From Lama guanicoe (taxonomy: Eukaryota), in contig MU053594.1 in the NCBI GenBank assembly GCA_013239625.1, positions 838,536-902,535 on the forward strand: a stretch of DNA of 64,000 bases, written 5' to 3'. The first letter of the stretch is position 1; the number at the start of each line of letters is the position of its first letter. A model generated the notes under the pieces. It had not been told where the DNA came from. It was given only the letters and a program-made list of their open reading frames with translations, and made no database searches. Below, one piece after another: positions 63,139 through 64,000 of the stretch. Made by a program: the position numbers and the translations under genes.

Positions 63139-63325
63139 CAGCGGCTCCCAACTCTGCCTGGACAGAAGAATCACTTATGGAGGTTTTGACAAATGCAGTG
63201 TCTGGACTAGGTCCCACCCGCAGACCTTCAGATTTAACTGCTGTGGGTGGGGATCCGTCACTGGTACAGTTTTCTTTAAAAGCTTCCCAGGCTGAGCCTT
63301 GTTCCTGAGATGCTGACAACCTGCA
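63139..63325. mobile_element. MER5-like hAT-Charlie MITE
   Basis: cagcggctcccaactctgcctggacagaagaatcactt...aaatgcagtgtctgg...cccacccgcagaccttcagattt...gtgggg...tttaaaagcttcccaggctga. Confidence 0.7.
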
Positions 63326-64000
63326 TCTGGAAAGCGCGCCATCTGTGCTCCAGGCGTGATGCCCCTTCTCTGCTCGTCCTGACTCCTCCTTCCTGTCCTC
63401 GCTTCTGATTCCTATGATTTAGCTATGCCCCGGGCATCTTATCCAAGGGATGGTCGCTCCCCCATCCGACACACATGTTCCCATTTCCCCTCTCAAAGGG
63501 CATTTATAATTCCTAATATGAATTATGTCCAGATCTTGTCTCTAGCTGAAACCTAAAACCCAGGTCCCCAGTATGACAGTCGTGTATTTATTTCTACCTG
63601 CATGTTTTGCAGTGACTTGACGACCAAAATGACCTGAGGTCTGAAAATCATCTCTGTCTTATCCGTCCCACCCCTGTCATTAGTGCTACTATGCATTACT
63701 TTTAATTTCAATCTACACTGCACTAAAATCAAAATCCTGAATCAGTTGTGTCCGTGTAGAACCTTGCTTACCTCTAAATTAATGTATAAGCAAATGACAC
63801 CACAAGAGAGAGTCATTGTATTCTATCAACTATATTAATTTTTGGACCAAAAAAAAGTTCTCCCCAGAACTGTACGCTATGCAAGTGAACCTGCTTTCAA
63901 ATCTCCTCATTACTGATGGTCAAGAAATAGTTACCCTGGGATTCTGGCCAACATGCTGATGATGAAGCTGACCTGTGAGTCTTACGGGGGTCTGGCTCCA

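Larger units (their letters stand above)
3830..64000 (-). other. NCAM1: NCAM1 intron 1 (3' portion; exon 1 lies beyond the right edge)
   Basis: No signal-peptide exon (MLQTKDLIWTLFFLGTA-like) was seen upstream of exon 2 in the window. NCAM1 intron 1 is known to be very large, and the sequence is repeat-rich and non-coding. Confidence 0.88.

Noticed and set aside
1..64000. CRISPR array, prokaryotic operon or novel multi-gene system
   Set aside because: The window is mammalian intronic DNA. I saw no repeat-spacer arrays, intact transposase or RT ORFs, or nested genes.

Overview
This is mammalian genomic DNA, most likely camelid (alpaca, llama or camel), judged from a tRNA-derived Vic-1-type SINE at about 60.1 kb and cetartiodactyl-style L1 3' ends. 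The window holds part of NCAM1 on the minus strand. Coding exons 2-5 (75, 219, 144 and 138 nt) lie in the first 3.9 kb and encode Ig domains 1 and 2. The remaining ~60 kb (3830-64000) is the 3' part of the very large first intron, made up of old repeats (MIR, L2, L3/CR1, hAT-Charlie, MER5, MLT1), short 5'-truncated L1 insertions with target-site duplications, microsatellites, a 157-N gap and several repeat-free, motif-rich stretches that may be enhancers. Nearly all ORFs in the supplied track are spurious. I found no evidence of a new biological system. The most notable observations are the non-canonical GC donor after exon 2, a stack of retroelement insertions at about 60 kb, a sense-oriented LTR that has lost its polyA signal, and candidate regulatory clusters (RFX/E-box, CTCF/GC-box, CpG-rich ETS/YY1/CRE). 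Repeat family names come from my recall of consensus sequences, not from a database search, and their boundaries are approximate.
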